In this document: positions 1 through 9,327 of the stretch, piece by piece | Layout of the letters: every line of letters begins with the position of its first letter | Numbering within the stretch: the stretch's first letter is position 1 | DNA from: Bacillota bacterium | GTDB lineage: Bacteria; Bacillota; JAAYKD01 | Length of the DNA: 64,000 bases | Assembly (NCBI GenBank): GCA_963666425.2 | Contig: OY762825.2 | Span: 2,560,001-2,624,000, forward strand | Direction of reading: 5' to 3' | Translations under genes and position numbers: made by a program | Notes under the pieces: generated by a model | What the model was told of the DNA's origin: nothing | Databases searched by the model: none | The model's input: only the letters and a program-made list of their open reading frames with translations

Positions 1-1
1 A

Positions 2-472
2 GTACCTGAGGCAGCAGAAGAAATTGTTGCTGAGTCTGTCAGTCGCATTCGTAAGAGATTTCCTGACAGGAAGATCGCTGTAAAGGTACCGAATGAATTT
101 TTGATGGTTCCTATGGATGGAACTCTGATCGAACAGGTTATGATTAACCTATTGGAAAATGCCATTAAGCATTCAAAAGAAGATTCTCTGATTGAGGTTA
201 CAGTCTACAAAAATGGAAATGCAGCTGTTTTTGAAGTGATTGACAACGGAGAAGGAATTGCGGTAGAGGATCTTCCCTATTTATTCGAGAATAATTTACC
301 GAACAAGAAAAACAGCTTGGACTTATCAAGGGGAATGGGAATCGGATTGTCTATCTGTATGTCGATTATAAAAGCGCATAAAGGGAAACTGGAAGCAGTC
401 AATAAAACAGATGGCGGCGCAATTTTTCGCTTTATTCTGCCGCTGAAAGAAGAGGAAAGCAATGCAGAATAA
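2..472 (+). CDS. kdpD: Sensor histidine kinase, KdpD-like, C-terminal HATPase domain (5' truncated by window edge)
   Basis: N box (NLLENAIKH), G1 (DNGEGI), G2 (GMGIGLSI); frame open from window start; overlaps KdpE-like regulator. Confidence 0.8.
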   Translation, partial: VPEAAEEIVAESVSRIRKRFPDRKIAVKVPNEFLMVPMDGTLIEQVMINLLENAIKHSKEDSLIEVTVYKNGNAAVFEVIDNGEGIAVEDLPYLFENNLPNKKNSLDLSRGMGIGLSICMSIIKAHKGKLEAVNKTDGGAIFRFILPLKEEESNAE

Positions 473-1175
473 GCCGTTAATTTTAATCGTGGAAGATGAA
501 GATGTAATCAGCGATTATATCTCCACTGTACTGGCTGCAAATGGCTTTCATTCAATCAAAACCTCGAAAGGCAAGGAAGCTGTTTCAATGGCAGCATCAC
601 ATGGTCCTGATCTGATTTTGCTTGATTTGGGGTTGCCTGATATGGATGGTCTGGAAGTTCTGAAAATGATCCGGCAATGGACGGGACTTCCGGTGATTGT
701 TGTTTCTGCACGGGGACATGAGCGAGAAAAAGTGGAAGCACTCGATCTCGGAGCGGATGATTATATCACAAAGCCATTTGGTACGGCAGAATTGCTGGCG
801 AGAATTAGAACCGGACTCCGTCACCGCCAGAATCTCATAGAGAGCAACGGTTCTGACAGTGGAAAAATCACAACGCGAGAGCTCGAAATTGATTATGGCA
901 AAAGATTGGTACTGTTAGCCGGAAAGGAAATCCATCTGACACCGACGGAATATAAAATAATCGCTCTTCTTTCTCGATATATCGGAAAAGTATTGACACA
1001 TGATTTTATCATGAGAGAGATATGGGGCCCTTTTACAAATGATACTGATTCGAGCGAGATACAAGCACTACGTGTTAATATGGCGAATATTCGAAGAAAG
1101 CTTGAAGTGAATCCCGGAGAACCGGTGTTTATTGTGACAGAGGTTGGAGTTGGCTATCGGATGACAGAAGAGTAA
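462..1175 (+). CDS. kdpE: OmpR-family response regulator, KdpE-like
   Basis: ILLDLGLPDMDG receiver, EKVEALDLGADDYITKPF, winged helix LRVNMANIRRKLE...GVGYR. Confidence 0.88.
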   Translation: MQNKPLILIVEDEDVISDYISTVLAANGFHSIKTSKGKEAVSMAASHGPDLILLDLGLPDMDGLEVLKMIRQWTGLPVIVVSARGHEREKVEALDLGADDYITKPFGTAELLARIRTGLRHRQNLIESNGSDSGKITTRELEIDYGKRLVLLAGKEIHLTPTEYKIIALLSRYIGKVLTHDFIMREIWGPFTNDTDSSEIQALRVNMANIRRKLEVNPGEPVFIVTEVGVGYRMTEE

Positions 1176-1258
1176 TCAAGAAAGAATTGCTGCATTTTAT
1201 TGATGATTCGATTCGGTCCTGATTTTTCATAAATTCAGTTTCTGTTTTGCATTTCACC

Positions 1259-1287
1259 TTGACTATGAGAGAGAAAAAGCATACAAT
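1259..1287 (+). promoter_or_regulatory. SigA-type promoter of glnS
   Basis: TTGACT-17 bp-TACAAT, followed by a short 5' hairpin and GGAGG RBS. Confidence 0.7.
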
Positions 1288-1349
1288 CTTGATAGTACAG
1301 CAGAAAAGCGTTCCGCTTTTCGCTGAAAATAAACAAAGGAGGAAATGCC

Positions 1350-3074
1350 ATGGCAGACGTGTTGGAAAATACCAACCAGATGGTGAAAAGCGAAGCTTCC
1401 ACCTCAAGCAATTATATCCGTGAGATCATGTTGGAAGACATCAAAAATCAGAAAAACGGTGGCGCGATCCAAACCCGCTTCCCACCCGAGCCCAATGGCT
1501 ATCTACACCTTGGCCACCTGATGGCGCTGGTCGCTGATTTTGGCTTAGCAGAAGAGATGGGCGGCAAATGCAACCTGCGGTTTGACGATACAAATCCCGA
1601 TGCCGAAGAAAAGGAATTTGTTGACAATATTATCGAAGACATCCACTGGATGGGTTATGATTACGAAGACCGGCTTTTTTATGCCTCCGATTATTTCGAG
1701 AAGCTCTATGGTTTTGCCGTACAGTTGATCAAAGATGGGGAAGCCTATGTCGATGATCTTAGTATGGATGAAATGCGGGAGCATCGCGGCACCTTGACAG
1801 AACCGGGTATCGATTCCCCTTGGCGAAACCGCAGCATCGCAGAAAATCTCGATTTATTCCAGCGCATGAAGAATGGCGAATTTGCGGAAGGCAGCCGAAC
1901 ACTGCGAGCGAAGATCAATATGAAGGCCGGCAATGTCAATATGCGTGATCCGGTTATTTATCGGATCAAAAACGCGCCGCATCATCGCTCCGGCACGAAA
2001 TGGCATATTTATCCGATGTATGATTATCAGCATCCTCTTTCCGATGCCATTGAAGGCGTGACCCATTCCATGTGCTCTCTGGAGTATGTTGATCACAACG
2101 AGTTATATCGTTGGTTTATCGATCATGTCAAATGGCAGCAGACACCCGAGGACCATGTGCCATATCAGTATGAATGGTCCCGCCTGAACATTACCGGTAC
2201 GATTATGAGTAAGCGGAAACTACGCAAACTGGTGATGGAAAACTGGGTCGACGGCTGGGATGATCCGCGTATGCCCACCATCTGCGGACTGCGCCGACGC
2301 GGTTACACACCTGACGCTTTAAAAGATTTTATTTATCGCTGCGGCGTCTCACGTTCGCCGAAGACGGTGGATGCGGCTCTGTTGGAGCATTGTATTCGGG
2401 AAGAATTGAATGCCAGCGCCGTGCGGGCAATGGCAGTACTCAATCCACTCAAGGTGATCATCAGCAATTATCCGGAAGAAAAGATCGAAATGCTGGAATT
2501 GGAGAACAATCCGGAGAATCCGGCAGCGGGAGTGCATCTGCTGCCTTTCTGCCGTGAATTGTATATTGAGCAGGAAGATTTTATGGAAGATCCGCCAAAG
2601 AAATTCTTCCGTTTGCGTCCGGACGGGGATATCCGTTTGAAAGGTGCTTATATCATTCATTGTGACGAAGTGATCAAGAATGAACAGGGTGAAGTCATCG
2701 AGCTGCACTGCAGCTATGATCCAGACAGCAAGAGCGGTGGCTTAACAGCCGGCCGTAAGGTTAAAGGTACTTCACATTGGGTTTCTGCCCGCCATTGCCG
2801 TACCGTCAATGTGCGTCTCTATGATACCTTGTTCACTCGCGACAATCCGGAAGATACGGAAGAAGGTCAGGATTTCACGGCTTTTGTCAATCCGGATTCT
2901 TTGAAAGTATTAAACAACTGCAAAGTCGAACCGCGTCTGGCGGAAGCCAAAGGTGGCGAGCGCTTTCAGTTTTTGCGTCAGGGTTACTTCTATGTGGATC
3001 ATACAGACTTTGCCAAAGGTGATTTGGTCTTCAACCGAATTGTCGGTTTGAAGGATTCCTGGCTGAAAAAGTAA
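1350..3074 (+). CDS. glnS: Glutaminyl-tRNA synthetase
   Basis: RFPPEPNGYLHLGH (HIGH), RFDDTNP, MSKRKL (KMSKS-equivalent), GWDDPRMPT, C-terminal FQFLRQGYF. Confidence 0.96.
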   Translation: MADVLENTNQMVKSEASTSSNYIREIMLEDIKNQKNGGAIQTRFPPEPNGYLHLGHLMALVADFGLAEEMGGKCNLRFDDTNPDAEEKEFVDNIIEDIHWMGYDYEDRLFYASDYFEKLYGFAVQLIKDGEAYVDDLSMDEMREHRGTLTEPGIDSPWRNRSIAENLDLFQRMKNGEFAEGSRTLRAKINMKAGNVNMRDPVIYRIKNAPHHRSGTKWHIYPMYDYQHPLSDAIEGVTHSMCSLEYVDHNELYRWFIDHVKWQQTPEDHVPYQYEWSRLNITGTIMSKRKLRKLVMENWVDGWDDPRMPTICGLRRRGYTPDALKDFIYRCGVSRSPKTVDAALLEHCIREELNASAVRAMAVLNPLKVIISNYPEEKIEMLELENNPENPAAGVHLLPFCRELYIEQEDFMEDPPKKFFRLRPDGDIRLKGAYIIHCDEVIKNEQGEVIELHCSYDPDSKSGGLTAGRKVKGTSHWVSARHCRTVNVRLYDTLFTRDNPEDTEEGQDFTAFVNPDSLKVLNNCKVEPRLAEAKGGERFQFLRQGYFYVDHTDFAKGDLVFNRIVGLKDSWLKK

Positions 3075-3127
3075 GTAGGATCCGTCGGATGCGGCAAGAA
3101 AATGTATGACGAATTTGAAAAATACTC

Positions 3128-3156
3128 TTGTCTTTTCTGTGAAGATGCGGTAGAAT
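3128..3156 (+). promoter_or_regulatory. SigA-type promoter of ABC substrate-binding protein gene
   Basis: TTGTCT-17 bp-TAGAAT. Confidence 0.6.
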
Positions 3157-3186
3157 GAAGCTATCCAAATTTGAAGGAGGGTATTC

Positions 3187-4566
3187 ATGATGCGCAAAAA
3201 ACTTTTGGCTGTGCTGCTGGTTGTGATGATAGTTTTAACGGCAGGTTGTGCCCCCAAAGCTCCGGAAGTGAAACCTGTAGCTCTTACCATCTGGCATTAT
3301 TTCAGCGGGGCACAAAAAGAAGCTCTGGATGCAATTGTAGCCGATTTTAATGCTACCGTCGGAAAAGACAATAAGATCACTGTGACTGCTGAAAACCAAG
3401 GCACAACGGCAGACCTGCAAAAGAAAGTTCAGACTGCAGCCGAAGCTGGTTTAGCGAATTTGCCTGACATTATCCATGGCTATCCGGATATTACAGCTAC
3501 CCTGCACGCGAAAGGCTTCATTGCCGATATAGGAAGCTATGTTACCAAAAAAGATGCCGGTGAATATGAGGTTTCGTCAAATGAGCTAGCCGATTATTAT
3601 GAGGGATTCATTGCAGAAGGTTCACAGTTTGAAGGCGGCGCATTCCGCTTGATGCCGATTGCCAAATCCAGCGAATTGTTATTCTTGAACAGAACTCTGT
3701 GGGATAACATCAAAGGGCAAATTGGCTGCACCGATACAGATCTGACAAATTGGGAAGGCATTGCCAAAGCCGGCAAAGCTTACACCGCAAAAACCGGTAA
3801 AGCGTTCTTTGGCATCGATTCCATGGCCAATTTCTTCTATTTGAGCGGCTATCAGCAAGGCATTGAATTTGTCACACCGGGCAAGTTTACCTCCAACGAA
3901 GCAGCCGAACAAAAGATTTATAATTTTGTAGCTGACGGGATTGCCAATGGCTGGTTAGTCACAAAAGACGCCAATAAAAAATACAATTCCGATTTCATGA
4001 ATGACGGCACTGCCGTCTGCTATGTTGGTTCCAACTCCGGTACTACCTACCTTAATCCCAAAACAGATAAGGGTCAAGCTACCGAAGATACGTTGAATTG
4101 TTTGTCCTATCCTGTCTGGACTGGCGCTACAGCGGCAGTGATCCAACAGGGTGCTGGTATGTCCATCGCGAAAAAGGGCGAAGATAAGGAAAAAGCAGCT
4201 GTTAAATTCCTGTTTTTCCTGACCAATGCCGCCAATACAGCCAAATTCTCGATGACCAGCGGTTACCTACCTGTGCGCAAAAGCGCTTCTACCAACAAGA
4301 CATTTTCTGATTTCTTAGCCGGAAAAGATGCGGCTGGGAAAGCGCTGGACGTGAAATCAGCCAAAGTATCCATGGCTGTCAATGCGGTTTTGACCCAATT
4401 CAAGACTTATAAAACCTATTACACACCGGCGTTCACCAACTCCAATGTCATTCGCGATAAGGTTGATGAGCAGATGAATAAAATCGTAGCTGGAACCTAT
4501 ACTGATTTCCAAACTTTCTATACGAATCTGAACACCGAAGTGCAGAGCATTATCACCGGCAGATAA
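3187..4566 (+). CDS. ABC transporter substrate-binding lipoprotein (CUT1/UgpB-like)
   Basis: Lipobox LTAGC; LTIWH, LPDI, SGYLPVRKSA motifs; upstream of ATPase and two permeases. Confidence 0.88.
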   Translation: MMRKKLLAVLLVVMIVLTAGCAPKAPEVKPVALTIWHYFSGAQKEALDAIVADFNATVGKDNKITVTAENQGTTADLQKKVQTAAEAGLANLPDIIHGYPDITATLHAKGFIADIGSYVTKKDAGEYEVSSNELADYYEGFIAEGSQFEGGAFRLMPIAKSSELLFLNRTLWDNIKGQIGCTDTDLTNWEGIAKAGKAYTAKTGKAFFGIDSMANFFYLSGYQQGIEFVTPGKFTSNEAAEQKIYNFVADGIANGWLVTKDANKKYNSDFMNDGTAVCYVGSNSGTTYLNPKTDKGQATEDTLNCLSYPVWTGATAAVIQQGAGMSIAKKGEDKEKAAVKFLFFLTNAANTAKFSMTSGYLPVRKSASTNKTFSDFLAGKDAAGKALDVKSAKVSMAVNAVLTQFKTYKTYYTPAFTNSNVIRDKVDEQMNKIVAGTYTDFQTFYTNLNTEVQSIITGR

Positions 4567-4594
4567 ACTTCGGGATGGATGAGACTGTATCAAG

Positions 4595-4635
4595 AAAAGA
4601 ACCTGTTCCGTTTTTACGACGGGACAGGTTTTTTT
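4595..4635 (+). terminator. Intrinsic terminator/attenuating hairpin after the SBP gene
   Basis: aagaacctgttccg...cgggacagg followed by T-run. Confidence 0.7.
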
Positions 4636-4788
4636 AAAAGTACAAACGGCTGCAGCAAACTTTCCGCGATGCAGCGGAAGGATTCCACTCTGGCAAAGTA
4701 TAATAGTAAGACGACATGGTTTTGTAACAGAAGATACAGGTGCAAGTTCCAATCGATAAAAATGATTCACAAAAAGGAGCGATGTGCG

Positions 4789-5856
4789 GTGCGCATAAAA
4801 CTAGAGAATGTTACAGTTCGGTTTAAAGATAGAAAGAATCCTAAAAATGAAGTTCTGGCTGTGAATCATGTGAATTTGGAAATCCCCGAAGGGAAATTGA
4901 TCTGCTTGTTGGGGCCATCCGGCTGTGGGAAATCGACCACCTTGTTTGCGATTGCCGGCTTGCAGGAATTATCGGAAGGAAAGATCTATTTTGGCGACGA
5001 CGATGTTACCAATCTGGATACACAGGAAAGAGGCATCGGTTTGGTATTTCAAAACTATGCCCTTTACCCGCACATGACGGTAGCGGGTAATATTTCTTTT
5101 CCTTTGAAAAATGCCAAATGGAGTAAGGAAGCCATCGAAGCACGGGTGAATGAAGTAGCAAAAATCGTGCAGATTGGTGAATTGCTGGACCGCAAACCGG
5201 CTCAGCTTTCCGGCGGTCAGCAGCAGCGGGTAGCCATTGCACGTGCTTTGGCCAAAAACCCGAAGATTTTACTGCTGGACGAGCCCTTATCGAACCTAGA
5301 TGCCAAATTGCGTCACAGCACGCGCGAAGAAATCAAACGAATTCAAAAAGCAACCGGGATCACAACCATTTTTGTGACCCATGATCAGGAAGAAGCGATG
5401 ACGATTTCCGATGAGATTGTGATCATGGAGGCGGGTTCTTTCCGTCAGCAGGGACAGCCGCAGGATGTCTATGAGAAGCCTTCCAGCATTTTTGTGGCAG
5501 GTTTTATCGGTTCACCGACTATGAATTTCTTTGAAGGACGCTTTGAAAATAACGGAGTCTGGGTCGATCAGTATCGGATTGCCAGTCATTCCGGTCAGTC
5601 TGGCAAGGTGATTGTCGGGGTCAGAGCAGAATCGATTCGCTTGGCGGAGCAGGGGCTAAAAGGTCATGTCACCAATGTCGAATTATTGGGCAGAGAACGC
5701 ATGTGCCGGGTCGTGCTGGAAAATGGGGTAGCAGTCGCTATGGTCACCAGCATTGATACCATCATTGAAGATGAATCGGATATTGTGGTCGATTTTGCCC
5801 CAGGGAAAGTCTACTTGTTCGACAGTGAAACTGGCTTAGCTTTAACGAGGATATAG
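4789..5856 (+). CDS. ABC transporter ATP-binding protein (MalK/UgpC family)
   Basis: GPSGCGKST, VFQNYALYPHM, LSGGQQQR, LLLDEPLSNLD; GTG start after AAGGAG. Confidence 0.93.
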   Translation: MRIKLENVTVRFKDRKNPKNEVLAVNHVNLEIPEGKLICLLGPSGCGKSTTLFAIAGLQELSEGKIYFGDDDVTNLDTQERGIGLVFQNYALYPHMTVAGNISFPLKNAKWSKEAIEARVNEVAKIVQIGELLDRKPAQLSGGQQQRVAIARALAKNPKILLLDEPLSNLDAKLRHSTREEIKRIQKATGITTIFVTHDQEEAMTISDEIVIMEAGSFRQQGQPQDVYEKPSSIFVAGFIGSPTMNFFEGRFENNGVWVDQYRIASHSGQSGKVIVGVRAESIRLAEQGLKGHVTNVELLGRERMCRVVLENGVAVAMVTSIDTIIEDESDIVVDFAPGKVYLFDSETGLALTRI

Positions 5857-5858
5857 TG

Positions 5859-6734
5859 ATGCAAAAACACGGATTTCGTAAAGCCCTGCCTTTCTTATTG
5901 CCTGCAACATTGATTTTATCTGTTTTTACGTTTTATCCGCTGGTCGACGCGTTGATTCAGAGTTTCAACCGCCTGCCCAATCCGGAACATTATGAATTGT
6001 CATTAAAGACTTACCAATGGTTATTTCATGATGCCAGCTTTATCAGCTCAGTGAAAAATACATTGCTCTATACAGCGGTGACCGTCCCGGTTTCGATTGC
6101 GATTTCGCTGTTGATATCCGCGCTGCTGACCTCGGTTACCCGTCTGCGGGTTTTCTTTCAGACGGTTTATTTCCTGCCTTATGTTACTTCTGCTGTCGCC
6201 GTCGCCTTTACCTGGGGTTACCTATTCAATGCCGATTACGGTTTAATCAATATGATCTTAAATCATCTATTTGGCATTGCCAGCATCCCCTGGATTAAAG
6301 ATCCGCAGTACGCGATGTCTGCCGTGATTATTTTTGGCGTCTGGCGCTCGCTCGCTTTTAATATTCTAATTTTAACGACCGGAATGCTATCGATCGATCC
6401 ACAGTATTATAAGGCTGCCAAAATCGATGGAGCCAATACAGCCACCACATTTTTTAAAATCACGCTCCCGCTCTTGTCGCCGATCCTTTCTTATGTCTTT
6501 ACGATCGGATTGATCAATGCTTTTAAAGTCTTTACAGAAGTTTATGCCTTGATCGGCAGCTATGCCCGGGTCTATCAGGCCAATACCATGGTCTTCTATA
6601 TTTTTGATCAATTATGGATTTACCAGGATTACTCTCTGGCTTCCGCCGCTGCCATCGTTTTGCTTGTGATCATTTTGGTCCTGACCGTCTTTTCACGCTG
6701 GTTGTCGGCCAAAACAGATTACAATGCATCATAA
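5859..6734 (+). CDS. Carbohydrate/Ugp-type ABC permease (UgpA-like)
   Basis: Multiple TM helices, EAA-loop YKAAKIDGA. Confidence 0.9.
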   Translation: MQKHGFRKALPFLLPATLILSVFTFYPLVDALIQSFNRLPNPEHYELSLKTYQWLFHDASFISSVKNTLLYTAVTVPVSIAISLLISALLTSVTRLRVFFQTVYFLPYVTSAVAVAFTWGYLFNADYGLINMILNHLFGIASIPWIKDPQYAMSAVIIFGVWRSLAFNILILTTGMLSIDPQYYKAAKIDGANTATTFFKITLPLLSPILSYVFTIGLINAFKVFTEVYALIGSYARVYQANTMVFYIFDQLWIYQDYSLASAAAIVLLVIILVLTVFSRWLSAKTDYNAS

Positions 6735-6748
6735 GAGAGGAGCGCGTC

Positions 6749-7591
6749 ATGAATAAACTAAAATCTACACTCAAACAAGTCACCGCCAAAACAGCAGCCT
6801 ATGCGATTCTGGGGCTTTTTGCTGTGATCACGCTGTTCCCCTTTTATTGGATGGCAATCACCGCCTTGCGCGATTCCTCCGCTGCCATCACCTGGCCGCC
6901 GGAATTGTGGCCCAGTGAGTTCCATTGGGAGAATTTTAGCAGACTCTTAGCGGCAGCGCCTTTTGGTTTGTATTTTAAGAATTCGGTGATCGTGGTGATC
7001 ATGGATTTATTTGTCAGCCTGATCGTCATGACCTGTGCGGCTTTTGCTTTTGCTCATTATGAGTTTAGAGGCAAAGAAACCTTATTTCTTTTATTTTTAG
7101 CAACCATGATGGTGCCCAGCGAGGCGCTGATCATCACGAATTTCCGTACGGTCGCGGCGTTGGGTTGGTTTGATACCTACCATGTCTTATTCCTGCCTTA
7201 TGTAGCCAGCGTATTTTACATTTATCTCTTGCGGCAGTCATTTGAATCGATCCCGAAACAACTTTATTTAGCTGCCAAGGTGGACGGCTGCACTGATTTT
7301 GGCTATTTTTTGAAAATCTTGCTGCCGATTTCCAAGCCGATGATTATTACGATCGCTATTTTAAAGGTGATCGCTTCTTGGAATTCTTTTATGTGGCCTT
7401 TACTGGTCACCAACACCAGCCGGATGCGGGTAATTTCTTATGGTTTGGTTGCTTTCCAATCGGAAGCGGGCAGCGATTTCCCGCTGATGATGGCTGCCTC
7501 TGTGTTCACTGTCGGACCGATGATTCTGCTTTATTTGATTGCTCGTAAAAAAATCATCGACGGGATTGCCCGCGGCGGTTTGAAAGGCTAG
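6749..7591 (+). CDS. Carbohydrate/Ugp-type ABC permease (UgpE-like)
   Basis: YLAAKVDG EAA loop, WNSFMWPL, C-terminal GGLKG; ATG after GAGGAG. Confidence 0.9.
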   Translation: MNKLKSTLKQVTAKTAAYAILGLFAVITLFPFYWMAITALRDSSAAITWPPELWPSEFHWENFSRLLAAAPFGLYFKNSVIVVIMDLFVSLIVMTCAAFAFAHYEFRGKETLFLLFLATMMVPSEALIITNFRTVAALGWFDTYHVLFLPYVASVFYIYLLRQSFESIPKQLYLAAKVDGCTDFGYFLKILLPISKPMIITIAILKVIASWNSFMWPLLVTNTSRMRVISYGLVAFQSEAGSDFPLMMAASVFTVGPMILLYLIARKKIIDGIARGGLKG

Positions 7592-7627
7592 AGTCTGGCT
7601 TATTTTGTAAGGAAACGGGGTTGTCAA

Positions 7628-8596
7628 ATGGCAAATCAACTTGCCTTAAAAATCTGGCAAACGATTGCCGCTTATCAGACCATCATCATTCACCGCCATG
7701 TCATCCAGGATTACGATGCCTTAGGCAGCAGCTTTGGCTTGCAGGAACTGATCCTCTCCGCCTGGCCGGATAAGAAGGTTCACGTTGTAGGGAAAACCGA
7801 CACACGCTTTTTATTGGTACCCGAGAGTGAGACCTTAGCAGCAGAAACCTGGCAGGGAGCGCTCGTGATCGTCTGTGATTGTAATAACAAGGGACGCATC
7901 GATGATACCAACTGGCAGTATGCGGATTTTCTGATCAAGATTGACCACCATGAGGATTTCCAACCCTTCGGCGATCTTTCCTGGGTGGATTCCGCCTATG
8001 CAGCGACGGCAGAGATGATGATTGATCTCTATCTGCAAGGCAAAGACGCTTACCCGCTCCGGTTAACCAAGAAGGCACGCCTTTTCTTCTATTGCGGCAT
8101 TCTGACCGATACCGGCCGTTTTCAATTTGTCCATAAAGCACAAGCCGCCCGTTTATTTAACCATGTTGCTCAGCTGGTGGCGCCTGGTGATCTGTCTCCT
8201 TTTGATATCGGCAATTTGGTTTATCGCTATACCTGGAACGAAGTTCAGATTGACGGTTATATCAAATTGAATTTTCAGCGGCCGGTGGAGCGCATGGTTT
8301 ACATCTGCATCAGTCAGACGGATTTGCAGGAACATGGCTGGTGTTTTGATGAGGTGCGCGGAAAAGTTAACAGTATGATGGGGATTATCGGGGTAAAGGT
8401 TTGGGCTTTGCTGGTGGAACGGGCAGAAGATCAGAAAATCTACGTGGAACTGCGTTCAAACGGACCGGTTGTCAATACCATTGCTCTCAAATATGGTGGT
8501 GGAGGCCATAAATTAGCCAGTGGCTGCAAACTGGATCAATGGCAGCAGGCAACAGCGCTGTTGGAAGATCTCAGGCAGGCAGCTGAGGAAATCTAG
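7628..8596 (+). CDS. DHH/DHHA1 phosphoesterase (NrnA-like oligoribonuclease/pAp phosphatase)
   Basis: HRH..DYDALGS, KIDHHE, GILTDTG, ELRS...GGGGHKLASG. Confidence 0.9.
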   Translation: MANQLALKIWQTIAAYQTIIIHRHVIQDYDALGSSFGLQELILSAWPDKKVHVVGKTDTRFLLVPESETLAAETWQGALVIVCDCNNKGRIDDTNWQYADFLIKIDHHEDFQPFGDLSWVDSAYAATAEMMIDLYLQGKDAYPLRLTKKARLFFYCGILTDTGRFQFVHKAQAARLFNHVAQLVAPGDLSPFDIGNLVYRYTWNEVQIDGYIKLNFQRPVERMVYICISQTDLQEHGWCFDEVRGKVNSMMGIIGVKVWALLVERAEDQKIYVELRSNGPVVNTIALKYGGGGHKLASGCKLDQWQQATALLEDLRQAAEEI

Positions 8597-8617
8597 GGTT
8601 CAGGCAGAGAAAAATTA

Positions 8618-8663
8618 AAAAGGTTTATGCAAAAACGAGAAATCGCGTTTGCATAAACCTTTT
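8618..8663. terminator. Bidirectional terminator between convergent operons
   Basis: aaaggtttatgcaaa...tttgcataaaccttt inverted repeat with A/T flanks. Confidence 0.75.
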
Positions 8664-8664
8664 C

Positions 8665-9327
8665 TTACGATTGTTTATCCTGACCATAATGATGGCGGAC
8701 ATATTCCTGCATGGCCTGAACCGCGCCGGTGGGCAGCGTCTGCGGCTGACCGATACAGCGAGCCATATAATAAACCTGAGCTGTCATTTCCAATACGGTC
8801 GCTGTCCGAAACGCTTGTTCGAGATTTTCACCGATACAGACGGCGCCATGCGCGCGCAGCAAGCAGGCATTGGCTTGCTTGCCCAAGGTGGCTGCGCAGT
8901 AGGCTGCCAGTTCGGCGCTGCCCGGCAGGGCGTAAGGTGTCACCTCTACCGCAGCACCAAGCACCTGCGCCGCTTCATCTAATACGAGAGGGATTGGTTC
9001 AGCCAGCACGGCAAATACCATGGAGTGCAGCGGATGGGTATGCAGAACGGCATTGATTTCCGGACGGGCCCGATAAACAGCCAGATGCAGTTCTTTTTCC
9101 ATTGTCGGCTTGCGCCAACCACTGACGAGATTGCCGCCGGCATCACAAACTACTACATCCGAGGCTTGAATCGTATCATAAGCCATCGCGCTGGGGGTAA
9201 GGTAGATGAATCCGGTTTCCGGATCACGCAGACTGAGATTGCCCCAGGTTTCTACAGTCAGATTGCTCCGCAGCATGCGCTGACCGGCGGCGACGATTTG
9301 CTGACAAAAATCAATTTTACCTACCAT
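8665..9327 (-). CDS. Class II aldolase (FucA/Ald2-like; probable 5-deoxy- or methylthio-ribulose-1-phosphate aldolase)
   Basis: WGNLS, TPSA, PTMEKELH (catalytic Glu), HTH and RAHG Zn ligands; overlaps mtnA. Confidence 0.82.
   Translation of the reverse strand: MVGKIDFCQQIVAAGQRMLRSNLTVETWGNLSLRDPETGFIYLTPSAMAYDTIQASDVVVCDAGGNLVSGWRKPTMEKELHLAVYRARPEINAVLHTHPLHSMVFAVLAEPIPLVLDEAAQVLGAAVEVTPYALPGSAELAAYCAATLGKQANACLLRAHGAVCIGENLEQAFRTATVLEMTAQVYYMARCIGQPQTLPTGAVQAMQEYVRHHYGQDKQS

Noticed and set aside
1176-1349. T-box leader upstream of glnS
   Set aside because: The promoter is only ~60 nt from the start codon and there is no GGTGGNACCGCG motif
4579-4788. N-terminal extensions given by the ORF track (ABC ATPase here; likewise LysR, ferritin, Rieske, iorA, larA, megL, cpsB-like)
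   Set aside because: They run through terminators, promoters or palindromes; downstream starts have proper RBS and match family N-termini
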